Assembly: GCA_001949185.1 (NCBI GenBank)
Contig: BDGG01000006.1
Location: forward strand, 1,284,827 to 1,348,826
Direction of reading: 5' to 3'
Length of the DNA stretch: 64,000 bases
Source of the DNA: Ramazzottius varieornatus
Taxonomy: Eukaryota; Animalia; Tardigrada
Part shown: in pieces, positions 50,599 through 63,471 of the stretch
Numbering within the stretch: the stretch's first letter is position 1
Layout: each line of letters starts with the position of its first letter
Notes under the pieces: model-generated
The model's database searches: none
The model's input: the letters and a program-made list of their open reading frames with translations, nothing else
What the model was told of the DNA's origin: nothing
Made by a program: the position numbers and the translations under genes

Positions 50599-51134
50599 AT
50601 GTCTTCCACGACAGTAATGGGATCCGTCCTTGTTCTGATTTTTACTTTATGCTTGGTGAACGCTGTCTTGTTACCGAAAGGCATGAACCCTTCGGCGATG
50701 GCTGGCTCGTCATCCGAACTGTCGATGGGATCGCCCATGGTAAGAGAATACCACAACTGGTCCGAGAAATTTTGCCTCTACATACGGCTTTCTGCTACAC
50801 TATATGTTCTTTTCGACATCATGCTTTTGAGGTCACTTTAGTATCCGTATTTATTCGTAGGAAGGTCCGTACGTAGATGGTCGGGGAGACGACGACGACG
50901 ACGTGAGGGGCAACAACGCTGCCCTGATGGATTACTTGTTGAACAAGCAAGCCCAATACCGCCTTCTCCAAGCTCAGAAGGTACGATCCATGCCGGACTT
51001 CTTTTACATAAAGCGTTTCCTGATGTACCAAAACAAGCATTGTGTTTTCCTGTTATGTATAGAACGCGATGAGCAAGCGCAACAAGTATCGATGCGCCTT
51101 CAATGCCGTTTCCTGTTTCGGTCGACGAAAATAA
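50599..51134 (+). CDS. Allatostatin C-family (AST-CCC-like) neuropeptide precursor, 3 exons, 110 aa
   Basis: Exons 50599-50739, 50861-50980 and 51063-51134, joined by two phase-0 GT-AG introns. Signal peptide MGSVLVLIFTLCLVNA and an acidic spacer, ending ...NAMSKR-NKYRCAFNAVSCF-GRRK*. Confidence 0.93.
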
Positions 51135-52049
51135 TTGACGTAACCTTTCCCGTCGCCGTGGCGGATCCCCATTGATTGTACCCAGAGATGCACAACCCTA
51201 GTCGGATGAAAGTTCACGCTTCCCCAGCAGCCAGTCAGCCAGCCAGTTAGTCACAGTGTACGGCAGTCCCTTGAGCACCGGATCAGTCCCAGAAGTCACT
51301 ACTATATAACCTGTCCAGTTTGATTACAATTTCCTTCTGTGAATGACACTTCTTCAGTTCCTAAAATATTTGACCCTAGATGTGTGGTCGAGTAGCACAC
51401 AAGTAACCGCTTCGAAAAGCCAATCGATTTGCGACAGAGTTTGTTGTAGTGAAACAGAAACGGAGACAGTCATAGGGTACCCAGAACGAGGGTAAGTTGG
51501 ACTACAGAGGTCAGTGAATACAGGTTCAGCCAGTCGTGAAGCATAAGAACCATTGAAGCCAAATTAGATGAATAGAACCTGTATTGTCCCCAGCCGCGTA
51601 CGCGGCGATCCGCCAGAACGTCGTTTTGTTCAAGGAGTACTCATCCTGGTAAGTATTCAAATGGTTACGGGTTCAAAGGACTGGAGCCGCCCAGGTGGGT
51701 ATATACCCTACTGTAATGCTTCATGAACTTCGCGAAGCACGTCGTCATACGCGTACAGTTGAATGCCGGTCCGATTTTGCCCAACCAACTCCCTAAGGGA
51801 TCTTTCACGCGTGCGATGACGTGTTTCGCAAAGTTCGTGAAGCATTACAGTACGTTTCCTGACATTAGAGCATTGTTGATCTTCATTTCTTAAGATTCGA
51901 AAATCCACACCTGTTGGCAACCGCAAGCAAAGTACAGCGATCAAAGGTTCTTTCAGCAGGCTTTATTATCCTTCCGTGAAACGCTATAAAAGCTTCCTCC
52001 TCCTCCTAACACAAGCAGGTATCCATTTGTTGATCGGTGGTCCACTTAT

Positions 52050-52420
52050 ATGGTAGCATCTTGTACTTTGGACAGTGCGGCAATCACCGCCGTACCGATC
52101 AGTGTTTTTCTGTTTGCCCTTCTCAAAGCAACGCCCGCGCAACGTACAACTACAGCTCGTCCTCGGTATCCTCGAGATGCCCTCTGCCTCAGGTACCACA
52201 ACGACCCTCAAAGTTCTCCAGTTCCGCCCCAGCCTGATTATCAGGCCCTGATTTCAGGAACTCGTAACACCTCTCATATCAATGGATGTACCGATATTAC
52301 TGCTGTTGCAATCTGTCGATGGGCTGTGACTATGTGGGCCACCTGGTTCCTATGGCCCAGGTCTGTTCTTCGATCCAAATGCAGCCGCACCAGAAATGGT
52401 CGACAGCAAATGGGTATCGG
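52050..52420 (+). pseudogene. Decayed secreted Cys-rich protein, copy 2 (paralog of 48864-49565)
   Basis: Signal-like AVPISVFLFALLKATPA, then QRTTTAR and TSHINGCTD. After a frameshift it reads YCCCNLSMGCDYVGHLVP. Confidence 0.55.
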
Positions 52421-53340
52421 CAGCCCCATTTACGGGATACCATTTTTAACTCCGAACCACTCTTATTTGACATGAAATTCTAGGCAAGATCAAAAGGTAT
52501 CGAGTGCTGGCTTCGCCACGCTTCGCCACGGATAGAAGTTTCACAAAATCGTTCGCCCCTTTGAAAAGACTGCCGAAAAATCTAGGGGTGATTAGTAGCT
52601 GAAGCACCCCCACATGGGTGTTTATTGTCAGAACAGATGCAGACGCACGTTCGAGCTATATGACGTCGTTATGACGTCAAAACTTTGTCAGTTGAAACTT
52701 CGAATCACTTCAGACTTTTCTGACGAAGTCATCTGACCAGTGGCCAGATGGCCAAATGGACTTCGGCATTGTGTTCCTCGATGTCTGTTACAGTAGACTG
52801 CATCAGCAGTTTAATTTTGCCCTTGGGGTCTCAAAACTTCAAAGTCGATTCCTGAACATTTTGACCTGCTATCGTTATCCCGTAAATTGGGCTGCCGATA
52901 CCCAAGTTCTGGCGACCGTTGTCCAAAAAGATAAACATACGAGATAGCCGGCATGGAGATATCCAGGCCCGATCTCAGCAGTTACTGCCTCAAATTCCCT
53001 TTTCTCGGTTCCTAAGTCAAGAGAACTTGTCTCTATTCTTTTGAAACAAATGAGAAGCTCAGAGATAGCAAAACTGATGAGATATCTGCGTTGGAAGGAA
53101 GATAGGTCGGATGTAATGTAAAAGGCCTATCTAAAGTACTATGATCAAACAATCAACCATCTGGAGCAATGCTCTTTGGATATTTCCGTGCCAGAAACTT
53201 CACTGGATATCCCCATGCCGGCTACCTCGTACCGCAGTGCTCCGCTGCTAATAGTACCCACACAGTTGGTTGCCCTTTTGTAGCAACCACCAGGATACCA
53301 ACCTCCACTGCCAGCACCGGTACAATCACCGCGTCAACTA

Positions 53341-53446
53341 AGGTTCATCTATGTGACACAGTATTTGTCTATGGGATGAATATCACATAACGGGTTCATG
53401 TATGTGATATTCATGTCCCATGGATGTATATATGACATAGAGACCT
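53341..53446. repeat. ~105-bp imperfect hairpin (probable tiny MITE) inside a Thr-rich ORF remnant
   Basis: Outer arms AGGTTCATCTATGTGACA / TGACATAGAGACCT and inner arms GGGATGAATATCACATA / TATGTGATATTCATGTCCC. Confidence 0.5.
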
Positions 53447-54250
53447 TTACTGAGCCCAAAATGCTCCCAGGGTGCTGTGTAGCAAACCAGGACCGACCCC
53501 AAATGTTATATGGTCAGTACAATGGATCGCAGGGTCTTCCGGACAGGGAAAGCCAAAGTGCTCATCCCAACGACGACGACGACGACGACGACGATAACTA
53601 CCACCACAGCATGTACGGTGAATGTTGGACGACCGCATGGTCAATACGCTTTGGAATCTCGATGGACCACCAGCAAACCCAGCACTGAAGCCAGAGATAA
53701 GGGCTACGTCGTTTTATGCGTCTTCTTTTCGCTCTAGGTGCCAATGCTGTATCTGGTAGGAAGAACTGCGCTTCCGTACTGTAGAAGGTTGTATGAATTC
53801 CGCGTTAGACGGTTCGAGTCTCGTGTCTGGTACGCGTTTCCTTACCTCCAGTCACGTAAATAGTCATCTGGTCGTAAACTGTGGTCAGAACACAAAGGGT
53901 CGAACACAAATACAATACAATGCATATAGGAGCTCAAATTCCTAAATCTCTCGAATTGTAGGGTACAGCGCGAATAAAAACGGCAACGATTGACTGAGTG
54001 AACCGTAGGAGTCACTGAAGAGCGATTATTGAGCAGGGAAATGAATGAAAGCACACACATAAAAATCTGCTTTGCGAAAAGGGACGTACTACGTATACGG
54101 TACAATCTGCGGCAGCAGCAAGAAGACTCCTGGCAGTACTCTGTCGTGCATAATCTGGAGCAAGTTATTGCAGCGGTTTGCGCTGCACTTGATCGAAACC
54201 AACGGATACTTGAGGCAAAAATCCACAAAGAGACGAATTGATGCTCCATC

Positions 54251-56301
54251 CTACAGATCGGTTAGGGCCGAAGCAGCTTGCTGACTATACGCTTGTCCAT
54301 GTACCGAAACTGGGCGGGGCACTTTGGCGTACCCAGCTCCCCACGCGGTACCGGCATGACCGCGTGTCTGGGCTTCCACCAAAGCAGAGTAGGTTGGGCT
54401 GGATTTGAAATCTGCTATCTGCTTGTTTGGCGGAGGAATATTTCTGGGGAAAAAAAGCACGCCCTTAGATGTCCGAGCATTCAGCCGTCCAGCTTACGGT
54501 AATCACTTACGGTCGAAGTCCAGTTTGACCAGTCAACATGTCAGCCGCGTTTTGGGTCGAGTACAGTCCCGCCGGTGAGTTGAACTGGTTGTGAGTGACG
54601 GTTCTGTTGGTGCCTGTCTTCGGGATCTCAAACGGAAGTAGCGAGCTTGAAGTTCTTGTCTGCGATGTTTGACGCTGATATTGCGGCTGCTGTTGATACT
54701 GAGGTTGCTGATATTGCTGCTGGTATTGCTGTTGTTGGTACTGCTGTTGTTGGTACTGTTGCTGACCGCCAAAAGTGAATGGATTCTGCTGTGCGTATGC
54801 GTTAGCGGGCGGCGAATCGTCAGCCGGGGTTGGGGTGGGCGGTGGCCACTGCAATCATATTGTAAATTTCATACAGCGTAAGAGCACTCGCAACAGGCGT
54901 TGTTATCAAAATGTCCGAGAAGAAAACAATTTCGATTTCGATTTACCTGTCGACCTCCAACGATGGACTGCGGCCGTTGCTGGTTGAAGGTACGGGCCTG
55001 ACTGGGTCCGCGAACCGACGGAGAACGCGTCAAAGAAGTTTGACGCTGGAATCCATTGCTACAGTAGAGCATTCGACATCAAAGGCTTTTGAAAAGTACA
55101 GTTACCATCCCGTTTATGCGCTTCGATACCTGGGTGGATTTCCGTAACTTGAGCTGGAGAAGTCGTAAGTACTTGCAGGGCGTGGTACACCCTTTCGGCT
55201 ACTGGTGGTGTTTCCCCCATATTGACTATCGTGGGTAGCTCTGGGTCCTGGCATGTCCTGACGACCGAACGACTTCTCCAGGTACGATCCCATTGGACGA
55301 AAGTGCTTGGCCTTTGGAGCCGGCGCGATCAGTTGGCTGGAACGATATGTCTGACAAACAAACAAAAATAATCACTTTTGCTATTAAACATACCGATTGC
55401 AAAATAAATCGCAATAGAAAAAAGGGAATGTGAGTATGAGAATGGGCGTGAGAATCTGTTGTCCGCTGTCCAAACAGAAGTGCGAAAAATCAGTTTCGAA
55501 ATGTAAAAAAATAACCATAATGGTACAGGAAAATGGCGTTCAGTTTTGGGAGTAATCTAGACTGAGACTACAGCAACGGGGGCGGAAGAGGCGCTCTTTA
55601 CCTGGTTGGTGACACTGAGTTGATCCAGATTGGGCAACGGGACGGCATAGTCTAACACTCCAGATTTCTTGGAGCGTTCCTGTTCGATCATTCCATAAAT
55701 TCCTTGACCAGCAGCTGTACTGTCATCTTGCTCCCACTTTGGTGCCTGGCGTTGGCTGCTGGCTTGTGGGTTGTTTCCGCTCTGTTGCAGTAGCTGGTAC
55801 GTGGGCGAGCCATACCAAGCCGGAGCTGGCTGCTTGGCTTGCTGGGGCTGCGGACTGGTTGGGGTTGATCCACCTGCTGCTCTGTAATCAGTAGCCAAAG
55901 ACTCGGCTGGGAAGACATAAAGAGGCTGGCTTTACTAATGTACCTCTGAACTTCCAGACGCAGGGTTAAAGCAGAGTTGGAAATGAAATGTTCCGCATCC
56001 CGGAGTGGGAGCTTGGTGGAGTCAAAGTCGTTGATACGAACCACTGTGTCGCCACGGTGGAGGACACCTTCAGCTGGCGTACTCATAAAAACCTGAAAGT
56101 TTTGGATTCTGATTCGTACGTCTGCTGTAACGGAATACCTTCTTAAGCCTGCTGTTTGTTACGCTTCGTTCTTCCACTTACCCTCTGGATGGTGAGCGGC
56201 TGACCTTGCTCCAGTCCACCTTGCAGCCGAAATCCCCATGGCTTATTGAAGGCATCCCTTTGCAACTGGATCGCGACCAGTGATTTTCCTCCGCTTGCCA
56301 T
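54251..56301 (-). CDS. Zasp66-like PDZ + ZM-motif Z-disc protein (no LIM domains)
   Basis: PDZ IQLQRDAFNKPWGFRLQGGLEQGQPLTIQR|VFMSTPAEGVLHRGDTVVRIND. QQQY repeats (54690-54765). ZM motif VTHNQFNSPAGLYSTQNAADML and SPTY motifs; ends ...SALTDL*. Confidence 0.85.
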
Positions 56302-59300
56302 AACTCTTGAAAGCTTTTTCCGTCTTTAGATAAAAAACCGTTATCAGATAACTGTCACTTACGCAAGCAGATGCAGTTTCCTCGTTCTTGAGGCGTACTG
56401 TACGCTGCTTTGAACACGGAAGTTGCCCGAATAGCGCTATGCGCGGGTGGGTGTTTGGAACAGAGGCGAGAGGTCCTAGGATATTACTTTACGGAAGGAA
56501 GTCTTGTGGGAATTGCAAGATAGGAAAAGGAGGCCACTCAGTATTTAGACAAGGAGGGAAAATGTTCATGCAGTGCAAAAACTTCCAAGGAGATACAGAA
56601 GCTAATTTGGCTGTCTGTGTTAGCTAGTCAGAGGAAGAAACTCAGCTGTACTATCTCCAAAGACCAGGGCAGTTACGAGCAAGTTATTTTAAGATATCTT
56701 CCATTACAGTCCGGCAAAGGAAGGCCACACTAGACTTGAACGCAGCCTTGCATAAGCGTATAGATTCTTCCTGCTTCTGGTCATGATCAAGCCATGAAGA
56801 CTGTATCAGTGTATATCACAAGCAAAGCAATTTCCGGCACTCTTTGGATGCGCTAACCCGGGACTGGCGGACTAGTCGGCTGGCAGGCGTCATTAATTTT
56901 GTTCGTGGTTCTGATGAGGCATGTTTTCTGGTTGGAAGTAATTAGCGACAGGATGAGTCAGTGGAACGGTCATGGCGTAGGAAGAGCTCGATGACGGATA
57001 ACCCGCTGTGGAGGAAGTTCTTTATAGCAAAATTCTTGGCAAACTGTCCGGTGTCAAGAACAGTCTGCTTTCATTATTTTCTAATTTCACTGCCATGGGG
57101 GAGAATGCGAAGCGTATCCCCAGAGCCATTTGTCATGTTTCACATTGGCGTCTCAGAACTTTCCGAATTCTTCTGCGCCGTAATAAGGCTGAAGAAAAAT
57201 ACCGTGCTTCTGTATAGTGTAAGAAAAAAATGTACCAGCCCCCGATAATCAAGTGTTCAAGGGCTGCATTACCTGTCAGGGTACCGCTTATCGAACAGGG
57301 TGCGGAAACACCCACGCTTTGGTTTCGGCTTCTTTCCTACGCACAATGGAGACTATATATATTCACGTAACTCCGCAAGCCACCGCATACCACAAGAATT
57401 CCACTGCCACGCGGAGAAAATCAACAAACAGTCTTGTAACATCCTTACCGCACAGTATAAAGATGCTTTTTTATTTATGGTGGTTATGAAATGACGAGGT
57501 GCGTAGCCGTCGGTAGGCGAGACATGCTGTGCATCATAGCGGTGACGAAGTACCGTAACCGAGTGTGATCAAGTGGCCTACAGCTATTCTGCGGACTTGA
57601 CGTACTTGCCGTATGTAAGTGCAACCCGAGCTCAGGTAGCTTGTACCTGCTGCTCGAACTAGGCTTTATTGAATCAAAGCTTTCTAGACACTACACGGAT
57701 GAGTAATCCGCAACGTTAACTCTTCACGGTATAGATAGAAAGGGAAATTAGTATCAGTGAACAACCGGCCTGAAGTTCGCGAAGGCGGTTTCCGTGACCA
57801 GAAACCGATACATAGACGAGTTACACCTGAAACCATTTGTACTGCGACCATAAGGAAGAAATCAGTACATTCGGATCCGTTTAATTTTACTTTGGGAAGG
57901 ACACTTATTTGTTGACTGCGTCTTATCATTTGTTGATTGGATACTTATTTGTCGAGTGTGATGAATATAAGTTGATAAGCGGTCTGTCCCGTGAATCCAT
58001 AGTTGTTAACTTCCTGCTCTCCTGTGTCTTCCGGATCGCTCCATTCCCTTGCACGAAGTCGGTGTCATTGCTCACGACAAGTACGAACTGTTCTCGAATT
58101 TCCTGGTAAGTCGAAAATGTTTGAGGTGGGACACCCGATTTCCGGCTCCAGTTTCAATACACATCTAAGTTGTGGTCCTGAACCAGCTGTCGCTGTGTTG
58201 TACGTACACTACAGGACAAAGCAACAGATAGCTTTTTCAACTGTTAATTAAGAGATGGAACGAAGCACAAAGGGACGTGATAGCCACCGTGGAAATAAGT
58301 CGTGCAGGGAACAAAAGGGTTATTGCTGATGCTTGCAGATTGAAAGCAATCGCTGACTCCCAGGATCGACCTGTAATCAGGCAAACCAAGCCCGATATAA
58401 CCACTGCGTCAGCTGTGCGTACCCGGTATACATATCTGTTGACTCGCCGAGCTTTGACCACCGTTATAATGACTGGGTTACTTACATAGTGCAGCAAAGT
58501 AGCTTTCACAAAGTAATGAGTCACTTTTTTAAGAGGTATCAAGTGACTTAGTAAACAATCAAGCCATTGATGGGTTTGTTGCTCTTGAGGCTTGACAAAC
58601 ATCTCTTTTGCGGAAGTATCCCAATCTGGGGATATAAGCTGCTTTTTCTCGACTGAAACTGGGTCTTGCTTCGGTCGGTTCAGACTCTTTTCCTTATCCG
58701 CGTTCTCAACTTGTGAGCGAATGCGGTGGCTCCGCCTGCAACTGATAAAAAACTCGCCCAAGAACGATGAATGAGTTTCACAGCGTTCATGGTGGCCTTC
58801 TTCTCCAGCCTCATGGGATCCTCGTAACTGATGTTTGCCAGACTTTGTTCAAAAACCAGAACCGTAGACTACAGAAATTAAAGCTGCACTAAGCAAATGT
58901 CCGGCACTCGATGTGAGTTTTGGGAACTCGGAATCTATTAAAAGCACGAAATGGCTCTACAATGAAGAAAGTAGTGTCCTGCCGTTAATCGCGCGACTCA
59001 ATACATCAACCAATGACCAGATTACATTGTGACTTTCCTAATGATGACAGGCAGGACAGTACTTTCTCCATTGTATAACTGAGCCAGCATTTCGAACGGC
59101 GAATATTGGGAGAAGATCGCAGTCGGGAAAAAAGGTTGATGCTTCACTGATGATCGTTCCACTAATGGGGTAAAACAGTGTCAGCAGCTGACGCAAGCTC
59201 GCACAAGATCGAGAGGGTAGACCAAAATAAAACACGCATTCCTAAGCAGCAAACTTTCGTGTCTGGCGTGCTTCGCGAAGAACTTCTTGGCATACCGTAC

Positions 59301-59539
59301 TTGCTCGAAGTTTGTGATGAGATCTCTCTTTCTCGCTTCACGACGACAGCACAAGCGATGGAGCGACTTTCACGCTATGCGCGATCTCACAAGCTTTGCG
59401 TCAGAGACGAAAAACTTTGTTTACTTTATCTCGGAACAACATTGCATTGACTGCTTTTTGCAGGTGAACGTTTTTCAAAAGCGTTTGACTGTTGGAGACG
59501 GACAAAGAAAGTGATATTGTGACTTTATCCGGAAACAAC

Positions 59540-62500
59540 ATGGCGGACACCGATGGGATTCCTTCAGCTCCTCCGGCACCTCCCATGCCTTCATCCCTTT
59601 CCAGCTCTTCTTTATCTGCTACACGGAGCGGCGCTCCACCACCACCACCTCCGCCTGGAATGGGATTAACACCCACGTACAAAGAGCTGGTAAGTCAAAG
59701 AAAAATGTGACAAGAAGCTTTGTCCATGTCTTCGCCCTCGAAATTTCGCCTGAACCTTTTCCTTGCACTTGATTCCCTTTTCTTGAAGGCGAGTTGTGAA
59801 CTCAACGGTTGGCTTGCATTGATCTTCCTTGTGATACAGGGAGATAAAAAGATACGCACCGAAGCGAAGTAATTTGCAAGTCAGAATGTCAGACTCTTAC
59901 GAAAGAGTCAAGAAGGTTGAGTTTCGGGAAACTTCACAGTCTAAGAATATCTTTCACATTTGTGGTCGAGAACTTGGAAGGCGCTTTTGATCAACGTGAT
60001 TATGACATTTCGGCTTCTGTGCATGCATTATCTGCGCCATGACTTTGGGACAGCGGAAAGTGCTTCAAGATGGCACCGCATAGAACATTGCCTAGGTCGG
60101 CTGTTTTTGCCTCACGGCACTTGTCTGGGCAAATGGAGCATCGCAACCTAGCCCGCCACCAGAAAGTTTCATATGAATAGAGAATGGCACAACTGTCAGC
60201 GCTGCTGCGACCCATGAACTTTCAAGCTTAAAAGCGTGGCTCAAAAGTGTGGGGACATCACTGGATGTCTCGGACATAAGCGTTATCCTAAGTGGCGCAT
60301 ATTTTCAGCTGCCAACAATGAGAGCGTGCGCCACCTTACAATTCAATATGTTTGTTTAGTTTGCCAGCGTCCCATACACTCGAAAATTCGCAAACAAAAT
60401 GGTAGAGAGACTTCTCTTGGTACCACCGGCGAAAACGATTCCTCATGTTGAGCAGAAGAAGTTTTGTAAACATGAAAGGTCCCCTTTTGGTTTGGACCAA
60501 TGGATTTGTCACGTCTGCTAGCGCAAGGCATTTTCTGATTTTGAAACGTCAACAAGGATGCCGTACGCACGCGTGTACATATCGGACAAAGAAGATTTCA
60601 AGATCAGCTGATTGCTTTCTGTTGAGTTGCTGGAGCTCTAACTTTGAAGAGAAAAGAAAGCATAAGTGCTGTCAGTGGACTCAGTACAGAGCAAACAGGA
60701 TTATATTTTGTCTGGAAAGAAAAGCCCTTGAAAAGCTTATCAGTCATTTTTCACTTCCCATGCTTCTGTGACATTCAAAAGCGGGGATTACGTGAGATGG
60801 TCGCAAACGGACTGATCAGCATTTTTGATTCGTTTTCTGTATAAACGTTCGACTGTTTACCACGAAGGGACCTTCCGCTTGTCTCTCCGATCGTAAACAC
60901 TCCGGGCCATTCTTCTAACGTGTTGGAGCAGGAAGGCTCAAGAGGTTATAAACTATCGTAATGGCTTCCGTATATTTGCAGAAAGAGCAAAGCTTTCAGG
61001 AGCAGCAGATGGCTAACCTTCCATCCGGACTTCTCACTACCGCAGCCAAAGCCGACAAGAAACCCTTCAGCTACACGCCAGTTGGTAAGTTTCACTCTTC
61101 GTTTTGACGTCTTACTTCGTGCTAAAGAGTTCAAGATGTCAATTCCTTGAATAACAAACGGGGAAACCTCCGTCCACCTTTAACATCCAGCTCAGAGCTT
61201 GGCCTTGATTTGCTTAATTTTACTGTATTACTTCCGGGTTGTTCTTCGGTGACATGTTTCATGTCAGCGTGTGATATTAAACTGTTGTTGGTTGATTGAG
61301 GTAAGTTGATTTACAGGTTTGAGCGCCGCTGATCTAAAGTCGCCCAGTCTTATCCGTAACGAGAAGCTGGCAGCAGGAGACACCGGAACCATCGTCCCAG
61401 GTATCCCTCGTGGACCGACGCACTACCGAGCTTTCAACGGCATCACCCCGCCATCTCCAGGAATCGGAGGATCTGCTAGCAGTTCACCAGCACCACGTCG
61501 TCGTACCAACTCCACATCCAGCTCGGTCCGCTCCGACGACGATCCCGATATGCCACGCTACAAAGGGGTTAATGGCGAAAAGGCTGCTCCCATTCAAAGT
61601 CGCTCGTTCAAAATATTGCAGTGGATGACAGGAGCTGACCAAGATGACGGTACGAATATTGAAGCACTCGACAAAAAAAACGAGCAAAGACGGTACTCCC
61701 CAGATGACACATGTATATTAGCCAGTAACAGTGAAATTTGCCCCGCGTGGACAACAGCCTTGTTCGGGGCTCTTTCCAAAGTGGCGCACTCTTCCGCTGA
61801 TATTGGACAGAATCGTGCGCCACGTGGGAAAGCAGTCACGTGTCTCCTTGCCGAGCTCCCGTTTAACCGTCCTACCGGCTCTAGAAGTTGAAATTTATTT
61901 ATCTTTGGTTCCAGATTCGGTGTCACAATCGTCGCCAACTCCAGCGAGTGCCAATGAGACTGACGAGATGCGATTTGGGAGTTACAATCGACAGACGAGT
62001 ATTCCGTCGCGCACCTTCCAAGCCGTCGATCGCATGACCAGTGCCAGTCCGCAACCCGCAGGATCTTCCTTGTACGGTCGCTCTGCCAGTCCTTCTCCCT
62101 ATGGTCGTACACCCGAGCCGGCTGAACCCTTCCGGACGGACTTGACAGAAGAGCAAGCTTCCAACTTGCGTTATGGGGGAGCCGGTATCCCTTCTCGCTC
62201 CTTCCAAATGCTACAGAACATGACAGAGTCAGGCACGGTTCCCGTCGGTAACGCCCTTCAGCCCAACCAGCGTAACTCGGCCATCAACAACTCGTACGGT
62301 TACCAGACCTACAGTATACCCGTATCGCAGATACCTGATCCCAGTCCACATGACTTCAAATATCAAGGTAGAATTTGTTCAGTCAAGCCAGGTAATCAAA
62401 CGGTGTTGGTAACGGTCTTAAATTCGATGTAGGCCCACAGTATTCGACATACGAGCTTCCCAACCCGCGCAATCCCGCCGCAAATTCTGTGGCCACGAAG

Positions 62501-62795
62501 TACTCGACATCGATCAACGTAGGATCTAACTCTACCGCTGGACGTAGTTTCGCGGTGAACCACAACAGCCCCTACGCCCAGTCTGCAACGTCCCCAAGCC
62601 CATATGGAGTTACCCAGCAAAGCGGTGCGGTTCAACCTGGATATTATGGGACATCAAGCTTTCCTGCTCGAAACGTTCAGTACTCGCAAGTACCCACCGG
62701 TAAGTTCAGTCTTACCGTTTCGGAACAATTTAACGTTTGAACAGTTGACGTTTCTTCCAGGATATACTGCTGGATCTGGTGTGTCAGATTTCTGA
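59540..62795 (+). CDS. PDLIM/Zasp-related Pro/Ser-rich protein with repeated SRSF-x-x-LQ (DUF4749-like) motifs, no PDZ seen
   Basis: Exons from ATG 59540 (polyproline), ~60981-61084 (KADKKPFSYTPV), ~61318-61649 (DLKSPS...IQSRSFKILQWMTG), ~61915-62368 (IPSRTFQ, YGGAGIPSRSFQMLQNMT), ~62433-62699 and 62761-62795 (GYTAGSGVSDF*). Confidence 0.75.
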
Positions 62796-63221
62796 AGAGA
62801 AAACATCACAGTAAACCGCAATAGGAAACACCAAACTGTATCACAGAGAAGAGAACCAGGACGAGAAAGAAAACAAAAAATCACCGATAATTATTTTGAA
62901 TTTCAGGCAGATCTTCTTCATTGTGAGTAAAGTCGAGTTCCTACGCATACACATTTTCACTAATTTTTTTTACTGATGAAAAGGCTTATTTAAATTTAGT
63001 CCTAATCAATTTGAACATATTGCTATCACCGGTCTCCCGCTTCCCCGTTGTCCACTAGACTCTACCCCGATAGCACCTTTTGTAATGTTGACTGTGACGC
63101 ATTCTGCCTGATTTCTGCTTTCACCAAAGTTTTAGAACTTGTCGACCGCTGTGTGCTTGTAAAAATTTTTGTGCGTCCGTGTTTCTAGTAGAAGGTAATA
63201 AGCTTCTACCGAGAAAGTCTG

Positions 63222-63471
63222 TCAGCTGAATTCACTGTAGTCTTCCAGGAGGTTTTCCGCAGCAGCTTCGGCTTCCCTTCTGGCCTGCTCTTCGGGTAAG
63301 TACTGCAGGGTAGCCACAGCATGAAGACAGCTTTGAATATGCTTTAGAATTTCTTCTTCTTCGTTGAGTAAAGTCTGGAGCTGGTCTTGATATTGGAGAA
63401 CTGCAAGTCGATCGCTGCCGAGGAAACGGGGCTTCTGCTCCATGCGGCGCACTTCGGCCGGCATGATCGCC
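63222..63471 (-). CDS. Terminal exon of an unidentified gene that probably continues beyond the window
   Basis: Acceptor ttttag at ~63472, then a helical open frame AIMPAEVRRMEQKPRFLGSDRL...LLEDYSEFS*. Upstream exons not resolved. Confidence 0.55.

Noticed and set aside
51600-51944. Possible Gypsy/Ginger integrase zinc-finger remnant (YDDVLREVHEAL)
   Set aside because: Match is too short and broken by stops; no catalytic core or element ends found.
58237-58761. 174-aa ORF between the two Zasp-related genes
   Set aside because: Non-ATG start, no recognisable motif and no convincing splice structure.
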